From Eledone cirrhosa (Eukaryota), in contig OZ024740.1 of assembly GCA_964016885.1 (NCBI GenBank), positions 152,520,001-152,584,000 on the forward strand: a DNA stretch of 64,000 nucleotides, written 5' to 3'. Below the pieces are notes generated by a model. The model was not told the DNA's origin, did no database searches, and worked only from the letters and a program-made list of their open reading frames with translations. A program made the position numbers and the translations under genes. Below, in pieces: positions 26,642-40,081 of the stretch. Position 1 is the first letter of the stretch; every line of letters begins with the position of its first letter.

Positions 26642-29052
26642 ATGCCCAGCCTGAGATCCTTTCTCCACCAACTACACACCAGCCTCATACTTTTCCTCAC
26701 GCCCCTCCTCCCACCTTGCTATCTCCCCTCTGCCCTTCAACTCTCCTACCTTCTCATCGCCAAAACCCGGCACTCCAGCCACATCCATTTCCTCAGCCAC
26801 TGCCTCCGCCTCCTAATGCGCAACTCCATCCGCGCCTCCCGTTCCACCCTCCGCAAACTTGACCACCAACTGACCCCCACCCTCCTCCGCCTTAACTCCA
26901 CCTGCCACCCCCTCCTCACCCAAGCCATCCTCTCCTTCATCCAAGACCTCAACCACAACCTCTTCTACTTCCTCACCTCCACCAAAGCCCGCAAGCTACA
27001 CTCACTCCTCCCATCCATCACCACCCGCCCATCCCCATGAGCCCACCACTCTCCACCCCTCCCTTGATCCACACCCCTACCCAATCCCCCCCACCCCCCA
27101 CCCCCTCACCACACACACCCACACACACCCAAACCCCACCACTTGTTGTCACCATACCCCCTGACCTCCCCCTCTCCGCACCTGAGCGCTCACTCCTTAG
27201 TAGAGGCCTTCGCTTCATACCCCACACTCCACACAGCGACGAATTCCGCACCCGAACGGAAGTCGAGCGATTCGTGCGACGCACTAAGCTACAGGCACAT
27301 TTCGGCAGAACGCCACCGGCTCCGGACGCGCCAGACCCGTTTCTCGCCCTGGGCCGACGACCATCTTCTTGGACGCCGGCCCCAGAGCAATTTAGCACCC
27401 TGGACGCGTTCGTCGATGCCAGCCGTAGCGCCGTAAATCGTTTCGACTTCCGCCACCGTTCCAAACGGAATAATATCTCACGGGGCGAACTCCTCGCTCT
27501 CCGCTCTCTCCGTAGCCGAGATGACATCGTCATCAAACCGGCGGACAAGGGAGGCGCCGTGGTGATGTGGCGCGCGGACCTCTACACGGCCGATGCCCTC
27601 AGGCAGCTCCGTAACCCCCTCTTCTATCGCCCTCTACCCTCCGATCCCACACCCCTCTACCAACAACAAGTTTCCTCCACAATCCAACACCTTGTCTCCC
27701 CCCCCCCCCCCCACCGCTTCCCACCTCATCGTGCGCACCCCCCGCACCCCCACCATCTACTTCCTCCCCAAACTCCACAAACCCGACAACCCCGGCCGCC
27801 CCATCGTCTCCGCTTGCAACTGCCCCACCGAACTCATCTCCGCCTTTCTCGACTCCATCCTCGCCCCCCTTGTCACCACCCTCCCCTCCCACATCTCCGA
27901 CACCAATCACGCCCTGCGCCTTTTCGACTCCTTCACCTACCCACCCGGCCCACAGCCCTTCCTCTTCACCCTAGACATCAAGTCCCTCTATACCGTCATC
28001 CCCCACGCCGACGGCCTACGCGCCCTCAAACACTACCTCGACCTTCGCCCCTCCTCCATTCCCTCCACCCCCACCCTATTTCGCCTCGCCGAGCTGGTCC
28101 TCACCCTCAATTGTTTCTCCTTCTCGGGTGAGTTTTACCAACAGGTCACGGGGGTAGCCATGGGTACAAGAATGGGCCCAAACTATGCCAACCTTTTTGT
28201 TGGCCATGTTGATGCCTAAATCTTTGCCCAGTACACCGGCTCCACGCCCGAACTGTACGGTCGTTACATCGACGACTGTATCGGAGCCACGGCCCTCACC
28301 CGAGAACAGCTCGACTCCTTTCTTTCATTCTTCTGCTCCTTCCACCCCTCCCTCCATTTCACCACTTCTATCTCCACCACCCACGTCCACTTCTTAGACA
28401 TCTCCGTCGCCTTCGACCCCTCCCACCACTCCCTCGTCACCTCCGCCTTCTTCAAACCCACCGACTCCCACTCTTACCTCGACTTCACCTCTTCCCACCC
28501 CACACACACTAAACGCTCTATTCCCTACTCCCAACTCCTCAGGATCCGCCGCCTCTGTAGCCGAGATGCCGACTTTGAGTCCCAGGCCCTTTCCCTAGTC
28601 AGCCATTTCATCCGCAGAGGTTCCCCCCCCCCCCTCTCGTCCACACCGCTCTCACCCGATCCCGTGCTGTCCACCGCTCCACCACCCTCACCCCACGCCA
28701 CCGCACACCCACCCACCGTCTCCCCTTCCCATCACCTACCACCCCTCCACCATACACCTCCACCGCACCATCCTCCGCCTCTTCCGACGCCTCCAGTCCG
28801 ACCCCTCCACCTCCCACATCTTCCCAGCCCCACCACTCCCCTCCTTCAAACGCACATGCAATCTCCGCACCCTCCTCGTCCACAGCTCCCTACCCCCAAC
28901 CCACGCTCTCTTCCCCCCCCCCCCCGGTTCCTTTCTCTGTTCTAGGTCCCGCTGCAACACCTGTCCCCACATCACCAACACCACCACCTTCCAGGGTCCC
29001 AACGGCCACTCTCTCTCTGTCCGGCATGCCTTCCGCTGCACCTCCTCCAACC

Positions 29053-29058
<6 letters not shown>
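26642..29058 (+). pseudogene. C-rich Penelope-like element ORF (near-complete RT, Neptune-like Cys linker), truncated at the start of GIY-YIG
   Basis: LLSRGLRFIP, DIVIKPADKGGAVV, YFLPKLHKPDNPGRPIVS, LFTLDIKSLYTVIP, YQQVTGVAMGTRMGPNYANLF, RYIDD, VHFLDI, SSHPTHTKRSIPYSQLLRIRR, CSRSRCNTC and CTSSNLVY, then (TA)n. Frameshifts at poly-C runs and a TAA at 28217-28219. Confidence 0.95.
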
Positions 29059-29125
<67 letters not shown>

Positions 29126-29139
29126 ACACACACACACAC

Positions 29140-29188
<49 letters not shown>

Positions 29189-29654
29189 CATCCACAGATT
29201 CATGTATACATACATATTCGCACACATGTATAGATACATACACTCGAGTAAAAGGTAACTACCTGTTTCAATTGCATCAATGGTAATATCAACAACAACA
29301 GCAACATCATCAACAACAACAATACCAATCGACAATAACACCACAATAACAATAACAATAACAACAGCAACAGCAACAACGACAACAGCAAGAACAGTAG
29401 TAAATATTACATAATAAATCGAACTCATCGGTGTCAAGGGATCAATAATACAGCAAATAACGTAATAAACCTAGAGTATGGAGAGAAGCTAAAGCAGAGT
29501 GCAAAATAATAAACAAGCTGCCAATCACTGCCTATGAATCAATGATTGAATTAATCAATCAATCATAATATAATAAAGGGAGGAGAATGGGACTGCGACT
29601 GAATATATATTTTTTTACCCCGTTTCTAAAATTAGTTGCATTACTTTGAACAAA

Positions 29655-29842
29655 TAATTGTTTCTACTTTTAGCACAAGGCCAGCAATTATTCAGTACAT
29701 TACTGATACTTTATTTTATCGACCCCGTAAGGATGAAAGCTAAAGTTAACCTCGGCGGGATTCGAACTCAGAATGGCAAGGGCCGTAACTCTATGCGCCA
29801 AAGCATGACGTCCGACCCTCTACCGATACTGCCAATCCACCG
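29655..29842 (-). mobile_element. SINE family 1, full length
   Basis: Reverse complement of the 17626-17815 copy. Confidence 0.85.
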
Positions 29843-30874
29843 CACTTTGAACAAATAATGAATGAATATTACAGAATTTATATACAAAATGTTGTAACTC
29901 TTGATTAAATATAAATAATTTTATATATAATGATTGTTATTTCAAGATTCACTTTTTTTTAAATTTTCAAATGTCAATACTTCCGGTTATGATATAATGG
30001 GCGCTATATCACATCGCCAATTTTCTCCATTTTCGTTTTAATAAAATTTCCCCGTAATGCAGTTTATATATAATATTGTCTTTTTTAAATGTATCTTGGA
30101 TTACTTTACTGATTATAGAAGACATTGTAACACAGTCTCTTCAATTTCTGCGCATGTTCTCAATTACGATTTTATTTGACGTATCATATCTACATGCACA
30201 CTACACATGCTAGCAGAAAACCACCCGAAAGTCAGTATAATAAATCAGATAAACTTATTTATTTGTTTATAGGCAGCGAATTGCTTTTAGGGGGCGTCGG
30301 ATTAAATGGCTCTCTGTGCTCTAAGTTCAAATCTAAGCCGCCGATGTCTTCACCTTCCACGCTTTTGGAACCAAAATATAAGGTACCGGTTCCAGAAGAT
30401 AGATTTGCAGAATTGTTAGAGCACGAGACGAGAGTTTTGTGGTATCTGTTTTCAGACTGTGTATTCTGAATTCAGATCCTGCATCCTTTTTGTCATGTGT
30501 TACGACTGGGCAACAGAATCAACAAGGGGAAGACTAATGGCATAATGCTTCTTTCATTTTAAAAAGGCGGCGAATTACCTACGTCTTGTGGGCGTCAGAT
30601 AAGATAGTTTCTGCTATTTGTTCCGTCTTTCTAAGTCCTAAGATCAAATTCTGCAGTGGTCAAGTGTGCCTTTTTTTTTACGACAGCGATAGATCAGTAG
30701 AATTGTTAAAGTCAAACTGAATTCTTTGATGTATCACTGGTCTTTTTCTTTTTACATTTGTTTTGTAAAAAGAATTGACTAAGTTAATTCGTATTATATT
30801 TGCTTTTTTTTTTCTTTTACATCATAATTGTAATTATTACGACTGTTGATTTTGTTATTCGTATGTTAGGGGAG

Positions 30875-31075
30875 TGGATTAGTAGAATCATTAGATTATT
30901 GGATAAGATGCCATGTGGTATTTCTTCCAGCTCTTTATAATCTGAGTTCAAATCCTTCCAAGGTCAACTTCAGAGGTTGAAAAAATGAATTACTAGTAAA
31001 GTATTGAGGTCAGTATAATCGACTTTCCCTTTCTTCCAAGATTACTGGCCTTACACCTAAATTAAAGTCATTATT
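30875..31075 (+). mobile_element. Older, diverged SINE family 1 relative
   Basis: GTGGATTAGTAGAATC...CTGAGTTCAAATCC...GGCCTTACACCTAAATT. Confidence 0.6.
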
Positions 31076-33180
31076 ATGTTTTCTAATGTAATTGTGACGG
31101 TTATTGTGTTTTTATTTCCTGTTTAAAAAACACTAAATTTGTTTGTTTTTTCCTTTTAAATGGTTTATAAATTGTTTAAAAAGAATCTTTAAATAAATTG
31201 TGAGTGTGGGTTGTATGAGTGAACCAGATAAAAAAAGAAGAAAAATAGTTGAATTGCTTTAAAATTTGAAGCTAGTCATTAACAGTAGAATCTCTAACAA
31301 AAACAACAAATCTCTCCGAGCTATTTCTTTGTTTTATTTTTTTTATTTCTCATCATCTCTCACTTCATTTTCTATTTCTCTTCCTCTCTCTTTGACCCCC
31401 ACTATTCCATTTATGTATGTTTTTGTATGTGTGTATATGAAATCAGAGGGATATTAACACACACACACAGAGTTTGGCATTAATCGAGTGTTGGATATTT
31501 GGATTGCACTCTGAGTACAAATCACAGCAAGATCCATTTTGCTTCTCATCCTTTTGGGATGAATAAAGTACAAAACCAGTACTTGTACAGCCCTCTCTCT
31601 CTTTTCAGCTTTCACATCCTGGATGTTCTACTAGATCGAGGAAGCGGGGTTTATGAGGGTGTTTGTGTCTGCTTTCAATGTTAATGTGCCATGAAAAGAT
31701 GAGAAATCTAATGTTTTCTTGTTTTCTTTGAAGAACGTTTTTGGCTTCAGTTCCAGACAGATACATGCCATGTATCTGCCTCATTTGATGTATACTACTA
31801 TATATCTCCATTGTGTGTGTACACATACACACCTGTAGCTGAGTAAATATCCAAATAACTCAATCTTGGGTAAAGAATTATAAAAAGTCTTTATACAATA
31901 CTTAATTTAACTGGTACAGATATTGTATAGCTATATATGGGTTTTTAAATGATATATCTCTACAATAGTTATGAAACATGTGCATCAATTAAACTACATT
32001 CTATTTATATAGAGGGTGGGGTGTTATGTACAAATGTACATAAAACATTCAAACGTTAACTGAGTGAGCACTCAGTACATGGATTTAATAGAGATACCTG
32101 GTTTTTCTACTATGTTATTTCTAAGTTTCAGTTCATCTAAAGCACTTTTAAATCTGTGGGTAACATCTATGAACATCATAACTTTCTTCATTCTACTGTC
32201 TATTCTGTTTCAGGACTTGCTCTTACACATTGGGCATACTCCATCCACATAATTGTTGATGATAGTTTTAAGCTCTGTTCTGACTCCCTTGTACACTAAT
32301 CCTGTCCTGTGGTTGTAACTAGAGAACTGCATGCAGCCGATCAGTCTGCTTAGTTTACAACAGGGAGGGTGAATGTTTATTCTTATCTAACATTTAGTGG
32401 CAAGAGAAATTACAGAATGATACAATATGCACATTCCTAAATTTGCCATCACAAATAAATGTGTGCAAAATTGTATTTAGAAGAAGGAAAAGGAAAAGAT
32501 AATGGGAGAAATAGCTGCAGAAGGTGGGGAAATGACATAGAGAGTGAGAGTTATGACATAGAGAATGAGAGAGGGAAAGAAGAGGGATGTGCCAGATTTA
32601 AATGTCCGAGACATGCTTTGTATGACCAGAGCACCCCTACAACTTCATCAGGAGTTAAGGACCCTCTACAAACACAAGCACTTAAACACTCACAGACACA
32701 CACACACACACATACATACATACACAACTCACACACACACATTTAATTTATTATTCCCCAAAAGATGAAAAAAAACAAAAAAGAAAATGATACATTGACT
32801 CGGCATAAGCTGAGAATTTATATGTAGGTTTTGGCTGTGACTATATTTTAGACTTAATCTAGTGCCCTGTTCAGCATCACCACATTATCAGAGTACATTG
32901 TTTCAAGTGGTTGTGCCAGGTCTCTGTTTGAGGATAATTTCCCATCAGTCTAAAAGGCCTTGAAAAAAGTAGGGGGTCCTGGGCACTACTCTTTTCTCTC
33001 TGATTAAGCTTTGAAAGAAATGTTTTCTTTGCTAGACAAATTTAACCCTTTCCTTACCATATTTCTAATGAAAGACCCTCTGTGATTTTCAAGTTAATTT
33101 GTAAATAAAGAATCTGGAAGGATTTAGTGATATAACTAATGTGTTCATTATTAAACTGGTGTTTCATTATTAAACGGTAA

Positions 33181-33325
33181 ATTGGCAGTATCGGTAGAAG
33201 GTTGGACTCCATGCTTTCTAGTATAGTTACGTCCCTTTACGGTTTGAGTTCAAATCCCGTTAAGGTTAACTTTGCCTTTCATCCTTACGGGGTCGATAGA
33301 ATAAAGTACCAGTAAAGTACTGGGT
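33181..33325 (+). mobile_element. SINE family 1, 3'-truncated
   Basis: Same head, B box and central domain as the other copies. Confidence 0.8.
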
Positions 33326-34021
33326 AAAATTAGGAATCTTTATTAATATTGTAATGCACAACTCTTATGGTGACAACCCCACCAAATATAACTCCTCATT
33401 TCTGACTGAACTATGAACACTTATGTTTGCCCTAAATTTTCCCAGTCACTGCAGAACTTTTGATGTGTATAGTATCAATACAGCAATTGCATGGTCATGC
33501 ATCGATGCAGCTTAGAGGGAACTTTGGTTAACACCAACATCATATATATTTCAAAATTTAGTATGGGGGGGGGGGGAGACCTTCCCGACCATCTGATAAG
33601 TTAAAATATAGCTACACTGTCCACCATACATGGGCCACATTGGGCCCTTAGTTAATAGGATGGTGTTTTACCAGCTACAAATTTGACAGTTCATACTCTG
33701 CCCCCCTCTTTCAGTGGCTTACCTCACTTATTTGTAACTTGCTACTCTATGAAAGTACGATTCACTGTTAATACTTAACACCCTGTATTGCATGAAACTG
33801 CATTAACAAAAGAGCACAATGACTGCATCACTTTAAATATTAAAGTATTTTCTTTAATACTGCATAGTGTACAACATTCTCTCCACCAGTGAAGATATTA
33901 TAAACATTTAAATTAACAAACTCATTTTTAGACATTTTCTGTCAAATCATTACTGGATGATAAGAGTGAGCTGTATGTATGTTTGACTATAATTGGTTTA
34001 AAAATGTGTGTCTCAATTGTG

Positions 34022-34756
34022 TTAATGATAGCCTTGTCTCCCCACAGCCCCGGTGGACAGAATGGAGAAGGCATTTCCCCGGACGACGGCAAGGGAGACG
34101 CGCTGGAAATGCCACTCCAACTCGTGGGGCTCATACTTGCGGCTGGCCAGCTCAGCGCCTATGGTGGTGAGTAGGGAGGTAGCCCTAGGGCCGAGGACAC
34201 CAGAAGTCTCTACTGCCAAGGGTACAACCGCAAACCTGTCGGAGAGCGACCGGTATTTAAGGAGTTTGGCCTCCTCAACCCGACGTGCAGCAGAACCTGG
34301 GTTAGTCGCAGACTGCACCAGGTTGCGGCTTCAGAAAGTGTCGGTGCAAGTGGCATCCCAGACGAGGGGTTTGCCACAGCGGAACGGGAAGATGGTCATG
34401 CCATCTGGCCTTTTACCGTCCCCTCGATCCAGCCCCACCGGCTCGAGCTGGGAAGGGAAGCCCGCAGCGTCCAAGCCATGCTTTATGACCTCGTTGAAGG
34501 CAGCATGGCGTGGAAGGCGGCCGGCACTGTGGCGACAGGAAAGCGGGTGGAGGCCGAAAGAGTCCACGCTGGATCCGCAGCGACATTGGTGTGGCTCGCA
34601 GATCCGGAGGCCGAGCCTCAAGGAAACGCCGATGCGCAGGCTATTGTTGTCTAGCTGCGTGCCAGTGGAGAAGGAGGGCAGGGCATGGAGCCAGGCACCA
34701 CTGTGGGGTTTGGAGGCCGCACGAAAACAGGCAACGCGGTGCTTAGCTTGCAGCAT
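34022..34756 (-). pseudogene. CRE-clade non-LTR retrotransposon C-terminus: zinc knuckle plus restriction-like endonuclease
   Basis: [56 protein letters not shown] and QRVSLAVVRGNA, with a single in-frame TGA. GC-rich island. Confidence 0.85.
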
Positions 34757-35304
34757 TAAACTGGAATCTTCATGTAGGTGTGGTGAATATAACAGGAAAC
34801 CAGATGAGTGGTATTGCCTTAATCATTACCTGAAATTGAAGACTTCAGTGGTGCTTCATCTATCCTATGAATTACAAGATACAAGACACATAACACTTCT
34901 CTACTTAACCTCAATTAATAGGTAGCCTGCACAGTTGAATGACATCAGTGTCTCTATCAATACTCTATAATACTTATGGAAGCAGGAATGGCTAAGTGGT
35001 TAAGAAGTTTATTTTGCAATCATTGCGTGGCACCCAGAGCAAGTGTCTTCTACTATAGCTTCATATCAATGAATGTGAGTGAAATCGGACAGGCAGAAAC
35101 TGTATGGAAGCTTATTGGTTGGTTGCCTGTTCACTAAGTAGACACCTATGTTTAGCTGTATGTATGCCCTAATTCACTTGTAAGACATACCAGATGGCAG
35201 CAAAGTGAATAATTTAAGACTCTATTAATTGAAATAATAGCAAGTTATTTCTGCAGCCTATAGTTCGGCTAATAAATTTCCTTAATAGACAAATGTTTGA
35301 AAAA

Positions 35305-35413
35305 TAATTGTTTCTACTTTTGGAACAAGGCCAGCAATTACCCAGTGCATTACTTGTACTTTATTTTATCGACCCCGGAAGGATGAAAGGCAAAGTTAAC
35401 CTCGGCGGGATTT
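35305..35413 (-). mobile_element. SINE family 1, 5'-truncated
   Basis: 3' half of the family sequence. Confidence 0.8.
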
Positions 35414-35511
35414 GCAAATAATGTTTTAGTATGATATTAATGACATGCAAATGGACAACAGCTGATTGACAATGTTTTGTACAGTATTTTATGATCTACT
35501 GCAGTAATTAA

Positions 35512-36112
35512 CTTTTTTGTGACTATATCTCTAAACTGAATGCACTACCTATGTGTTGTCATTAATTTTGAAAGTAATAAGGAATTTAATGAAACAATAC
35601 ATTTTTCATTATTAAACTGATGGATTGGCAGTATCGGTAGAGGGTCAGAGGCCAAGCTTTCCAGCATAGTTACGTCCCTTTATGCTCTGAGTTAAAATCC
35701 CGTCGAGGTTAACTTTGCCTTTCATCCTTATGTGGGTCGATAAAATAAAGTACCAGTAATGTACTGGGTAATTGCTGCCCTTGTTCCAAAAGTAGAAACA
35801 ATTATTAAACTGGTTTTAGGGATTGGACAAAATGCTTTGTAGCATTTGCTCCAGTTCTTAATGTTCCAAGTTCAAATCCCATTAAGGTTTCATCCTTTTG
35901 AGGTTGATAAAATAAACTACCAGTCAAGTACTTTCTACTCACCCCCAAAATTGTTGGCTTTGTACTTAAATTAGAAATAATTAAGCTGGTATTTGGAACA
36001 TTACTTAGAAGGTTTTCTTTTAAAACTAAGATTGAAAGTTTTTAAATAAGATATGAACATTAAAAAATGTTGTTTTCATAACTAAGATGCAGTTTCCTAT
36101 GGGTCAAAAAGG
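35512..36112. mobile_element. piggyBac-like MITE containing SINE copies (35621-35805 and about 35820-35985)
   Basis: TTAA-CTTTTTTGTGAC...GTCAAAAAGG-TTAA. Related left ends occur at about 33043 and about 36237. Confidence 0.55.
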
Positions 36113-36825
36113 TTAAGCAAAGTAATTTTTAACATGCCACCAGTAGTTAGTCTTTTCTTTCTGTCTTCTGTTTCCTTCCTGGTCTTTATCTTTCTTTTCT
36201 TCATCTTTTATTTTTCTCCTTTCATTCCAGTCAATTAATCCTTTTGTGACTATATTTCTAACGATTAACTTTATTTCAATTAATTAATGAAGAATTTACT
36301 AAAATTATTATTTCATTACTACAATAGCAATTTAACATATGGTTTGTATATAAAATTATACTGGAAGATTTAAATTTAAATCTTTTAAAATTGGGTGGTT
36401 TTGTTTCATAGAACCAGAGTTGGTTTTGACTGGGCTGGCATCAATCTTCACAATACACTCATGTTCCCTATATATATCCCCTTGAGTGTATAGATATAGA
36501 TATATAAACTTGAAGATGAACTCCCCCATCATATATCGGTATATGAGCGTTGAACAATCTTCCAAGTTCATTTTTTATGGTTATGTCTTAAGTGGTACTT
36601 TAGTCCAGCAGCTTATTTACTTATCAAGCTGCATTTTGTACAGATGACAGGATTTTGAGTGAAGCAGGATGGAATGTTTGATCGGCTCTTAGATCACAAA
36701 GATGAATTAGACGAGATTTTTCAAAGTTCTTCATACCTTTATGGCAGACAGTTCTCCATTTTCCACAGTCAGCAACTAGAGCTTCAAAAGAAATTGAAAG
36801 AGAGGGATAGCAAGAGAACTGAGCA

Positions 36826-36869
<44 letters not shown>

Positions 36870-36874
<5 letters not shown>

Positions 36875-38902
36875 TAAAAGGAATTCCAACTTTGTCTGAT
36901 TTACTCGTTTTATTTACAATCCTTTAAAATTTATAACGGTATTAGAATGAAATAGTATGGTAGAATATTAAATTTTAATTGAATATTAAATGTTAATTGA
37001 ACAAATACTTTCATGCTTTCGCAATCTTCAGGTTCATATGCTGTAGTGACAGACAAGTTTGCAATTTTCAACTGTAATGAGATGTGTAAATGTTGTGCCT
37101 TATATACAGTGAAAAGTGGCTACAGAATGCTAAATCTTGCAAACTGTATTTCGGCCAATCGTGTGTAGTTTTACTGGATTACTAAAGCTGATTGGTTTTG
37201 GCGTCACGGTTGGTTGAGCATGTCTGACGACTACTAATTGACCCTATGCAAAGCATCAATTGTTTTGCTATTTTTAGAAATGATGAAAATAGCATTTTCT
37301 AGTAATCATCACCATCACCATTATTATTATTATTGTTGTTGTTGTTGTTAGTGGTCGTAGTCATAGTCATAGTAGGATTAATACCCCATTATTATTGTTT
37401 ATTTAGCTTGGGTTGGAATTTATCAATAAAATTCTTTTCTTTGATTTTTCTCTTGATTTCACTTGGGCTGTATAATTTGTAGAATGGAAATGTTATAAAT
37501 ATTCTCTGACCACATGTTGCTAGATGGTCACTCAGGGGTATCTGACGGACATTTGGGTCTCTTATTTGCTGTCGGAGTACTCGGGCACGTTCCGATAGTG
37601 CATTTCCAGTTTGACCGACATATAGTTCTTCACAATTCGGGCATTTAATGCAGTAAATTAGATTTCTGCTTTGCAGTTCATATTTGCATTTGGGAATATT
37701 TTTCCAGTTTTTGTTTTCATATATTGACCGGCGTGTATGGATTGACATGTGCCACATCGACTATCATTACATTTAAATACAGTGAATGATTGGTCTTTGT
37801 TGTTAAGGTCAAATTTTGCTTTTGTTAGTAATTGCTTCAAATTTTTCGGCTGTCTTTTACTAAGAGTCAAAGATCGATCTGTGATTAAGCCTTTTAATTC
37901 ATTACTTTGAGCAATGATCGGTAGGTTTGCTTTGGCAGTGTTGAAGATATTCTGGTGACATGGGTTGTGTATCATTATAAATGGTATGACCAGTTCCTTG
38001 GGTTGTCCTAAGTTGTTGTATAGGTATTTTTATAGCCCGCTGTATGCCAATTTCTATAAGTAGAGATGGGTATTTTTGTTTGAGCAAAAATTCTCTTAGT
38101 TCTGTTAGGCGTTTGTTCCTGGTATTCGTATCTTCTACAATGGTACAAATTCTTCTGGCTAGGCAGTATGGGATGTTGCGTTTTGTATGAGGTGGATGGC
38201 ACGACTTAAAATTCAGATATTGATGGGTGTCTGTGTGTTTATAATATATATCCGTGGTAATGGTGGAGTCGTTTTTGATGACCATTATATCTAGGAATGG
38301 TAATTTGGTACTACTCATCTCTTTTGTGAATTGGAGAGATGGGTGTAGGTTATTCAGGAGGATATTGAACTCATCCAGAGTATCTAGAGATTCTGTCCAG
38401 ATGATGAAACAGTCGTCAAGGTATCTCTTCCAAGATTTTTCAATGTACTTTCTAAAGTCAGTACTATATTCTTCCTCTATTTCTTGGTAGAGTTGTTGTT
38501 CTAAGTATTCCATTACAGAGTTCGCGTAAACGGGAGCAAACTTCGTTCCCATCGCTGTGCCTCTAATTTGGATGTAATTCTTTCCATTGAAGAAGAAAGT
38601 GTTGTTTTCCAGAATAATTTTGACTTTGTCTAATATAAATGGCGCTGTGAATCTGATGGGAATCACTTCTCTATGTTTTTCCACCCAGTATTTAACCGCC
38701 TTTATTCCTAAATCATGTGTAATGTTGGTGTAACGGCTTACCACATCAAAACTAAGTAGAAGTGAATTCGTTTCCGTGGTTTTGGGAAGATGGGACAGAA
38801 AATCGATATCATCCCGGATGAAACTGGGTATGTGAATACATAGTGGTTTCAAAATAATGTCAACAAAATTGCTTAGACGATGGGTGGGGCATGTTGGACC
38901 AG

Positions 38903-38903
<1 letters not shown>
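36870..38903 (-). mobile_element. 5'-truncated Neptune-like PLE (RT plus GIY-YIG plus pLTR), with (TA)n on both sides
   Basis: SFDVVS.YTNI, QIRGTAMGTKFAP.YAN, RYLDD, LPFLDI, SCHPPHTKRNIPY, CNDSRCGTC and NLIYCIKCPNCEELYVGQTG...ER. Stop at 37392, HHR downstream. Confidence 0.95.
36998..37036 (-). ncRNA. Minimal type I HHR in a PLE pLTR
   Basis: Minus strand reads TGAAC-CTGAAGA-tTGC gaaa GCAt-GAAA-GTAT-TT-GTTCA. Confidence 0.75.
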
Positions 38904-38955
<52 letters not shown>

Positions 38956-38957
<2 letters not shown>

Positions 38958-39150
38958 AATAAGTATGACACCGACGGCAGAGCTCAAGCCGTTTCGACGG
39001 CTATTTCTGGAGTAGTCCAGAAATAGCCGTCGAAACGGCTTGAGCTCTGCCGTCGGGGTCATAATTTTTCCTATTTCCCACTCTACTACCCTAAGTATTG
39101 AGTACTCTGGTGCGTTATGGTCCATTTGGTTCCTTACCACAATTCCTTTG

Positions 39151-39153
<3 letters not shown>
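38956..39153. mobile_element. Family A fold-back insert in (TA)n
   Basis: Arms 38956-39011 and 39016-about 39072 with a GTAG loop. The right arm extends about 80 bp to the family tail. Confidence 0.85.
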
Positions 39154-39196
<43 letters not shown>

Positions 39197-39721
39197 TCTT
39201 GCTAATGCAGTTTTACTCTTGCTGTCTCTCTCTCTCTCTCTCTCTCATTGTGCATAATTTCTTCCCTCAGATTATACTTTTATTCTTTTACTGGTTTCAG
39301 TCCTTAGACTCCATTCTTGCTGAATCATGTTTTTCTCTTTTCTTTTGTATTTTTGTTTGTTCTTTTTTATCTTTTTGTTTCTCATCTGACTTCTGTGTTG
39401 ATCGCATGTAAAGTGTGTGTGTGTGTGTGTGTGTGGATAGTGGAGGGGTAGATTGTAAATAAATAAATATTTATTAAAAAAACAACAACTTGCTGTGGCA
39501 TGGCCACAGACCCACTGAGTTAATGTGACAAAGTGAGATAAAGTGTGAAAATCACAGCTAGCCAAGACAATATTATATTGAACTACAGTTTATATCTCAT
39601 CTCTACCACTGTGGTTAGTATCATGTACTTCAGTGGTAAAGGCATTTACTGTAAATTATGGCACAAATTTCATATATTGCTTCCTTGTGTCAGGAGTTGA
39701 AGCCGGCATATAGTATATACA

Positions 39722-40081
39722 CAGACCTGTCAATTCACCCCGTCCGTTCAGTACTATCAGTTATAGTACTACTCTGAAATAGACATTTTATTAATAAATA
39801 TTTTTAATGCATATGATAAAGTTAAAACTTGTATATATACAGAATATATATATGATAAAGTTAAAACTTGTATATATACAGCATAGCAAACCTGTTAATT
39901 CTCCCCGTCCGACGGGGATATCTCCCACCCACTTTGGGGTGGGTGGGAGAAGTCTTTTCTTGTGAAAATGTGTATAGCTTTCATTATGTAAAATCTCCCC
40001 ATTTTGCCTCATTTCTCCTCGTTTTGGGGCACTTCTTTTCATGGTACTCCTCGTTTGGGTTTTTAGAGGTTGGCAGGTCTG
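39722..40081. mobile_element. MITE with CAGACCTG(C/T)CAA TIRs
   Basis: CAGACCTGTCAA...TTGGCAGGTCTG, with TATACA repeated on both flanks and an internal second left-end copy at about 39888. Confidence 0.75.

Noticed and set aside
32060-32335. Protein-like minus-strand reading (…VDGVCPMCKSKS*…)
   Set aside because: Contains an internal stop and no recognisable family, so it is unsupported.
32630-32660. CTGATGA on the minus strand (also at about 795 on plus and about 17245 on minus)
   Set aside because: No stem II plus GAAA follows, so these are chance 7-mers.
38904-39140. N-terminal extension of the 412-aa RT ORF (MVRNQMDH...YIYIYI)
   Set aside because: Chance read-through from a family A insert and a (TA)n tract into a 5'-truncated PLE.
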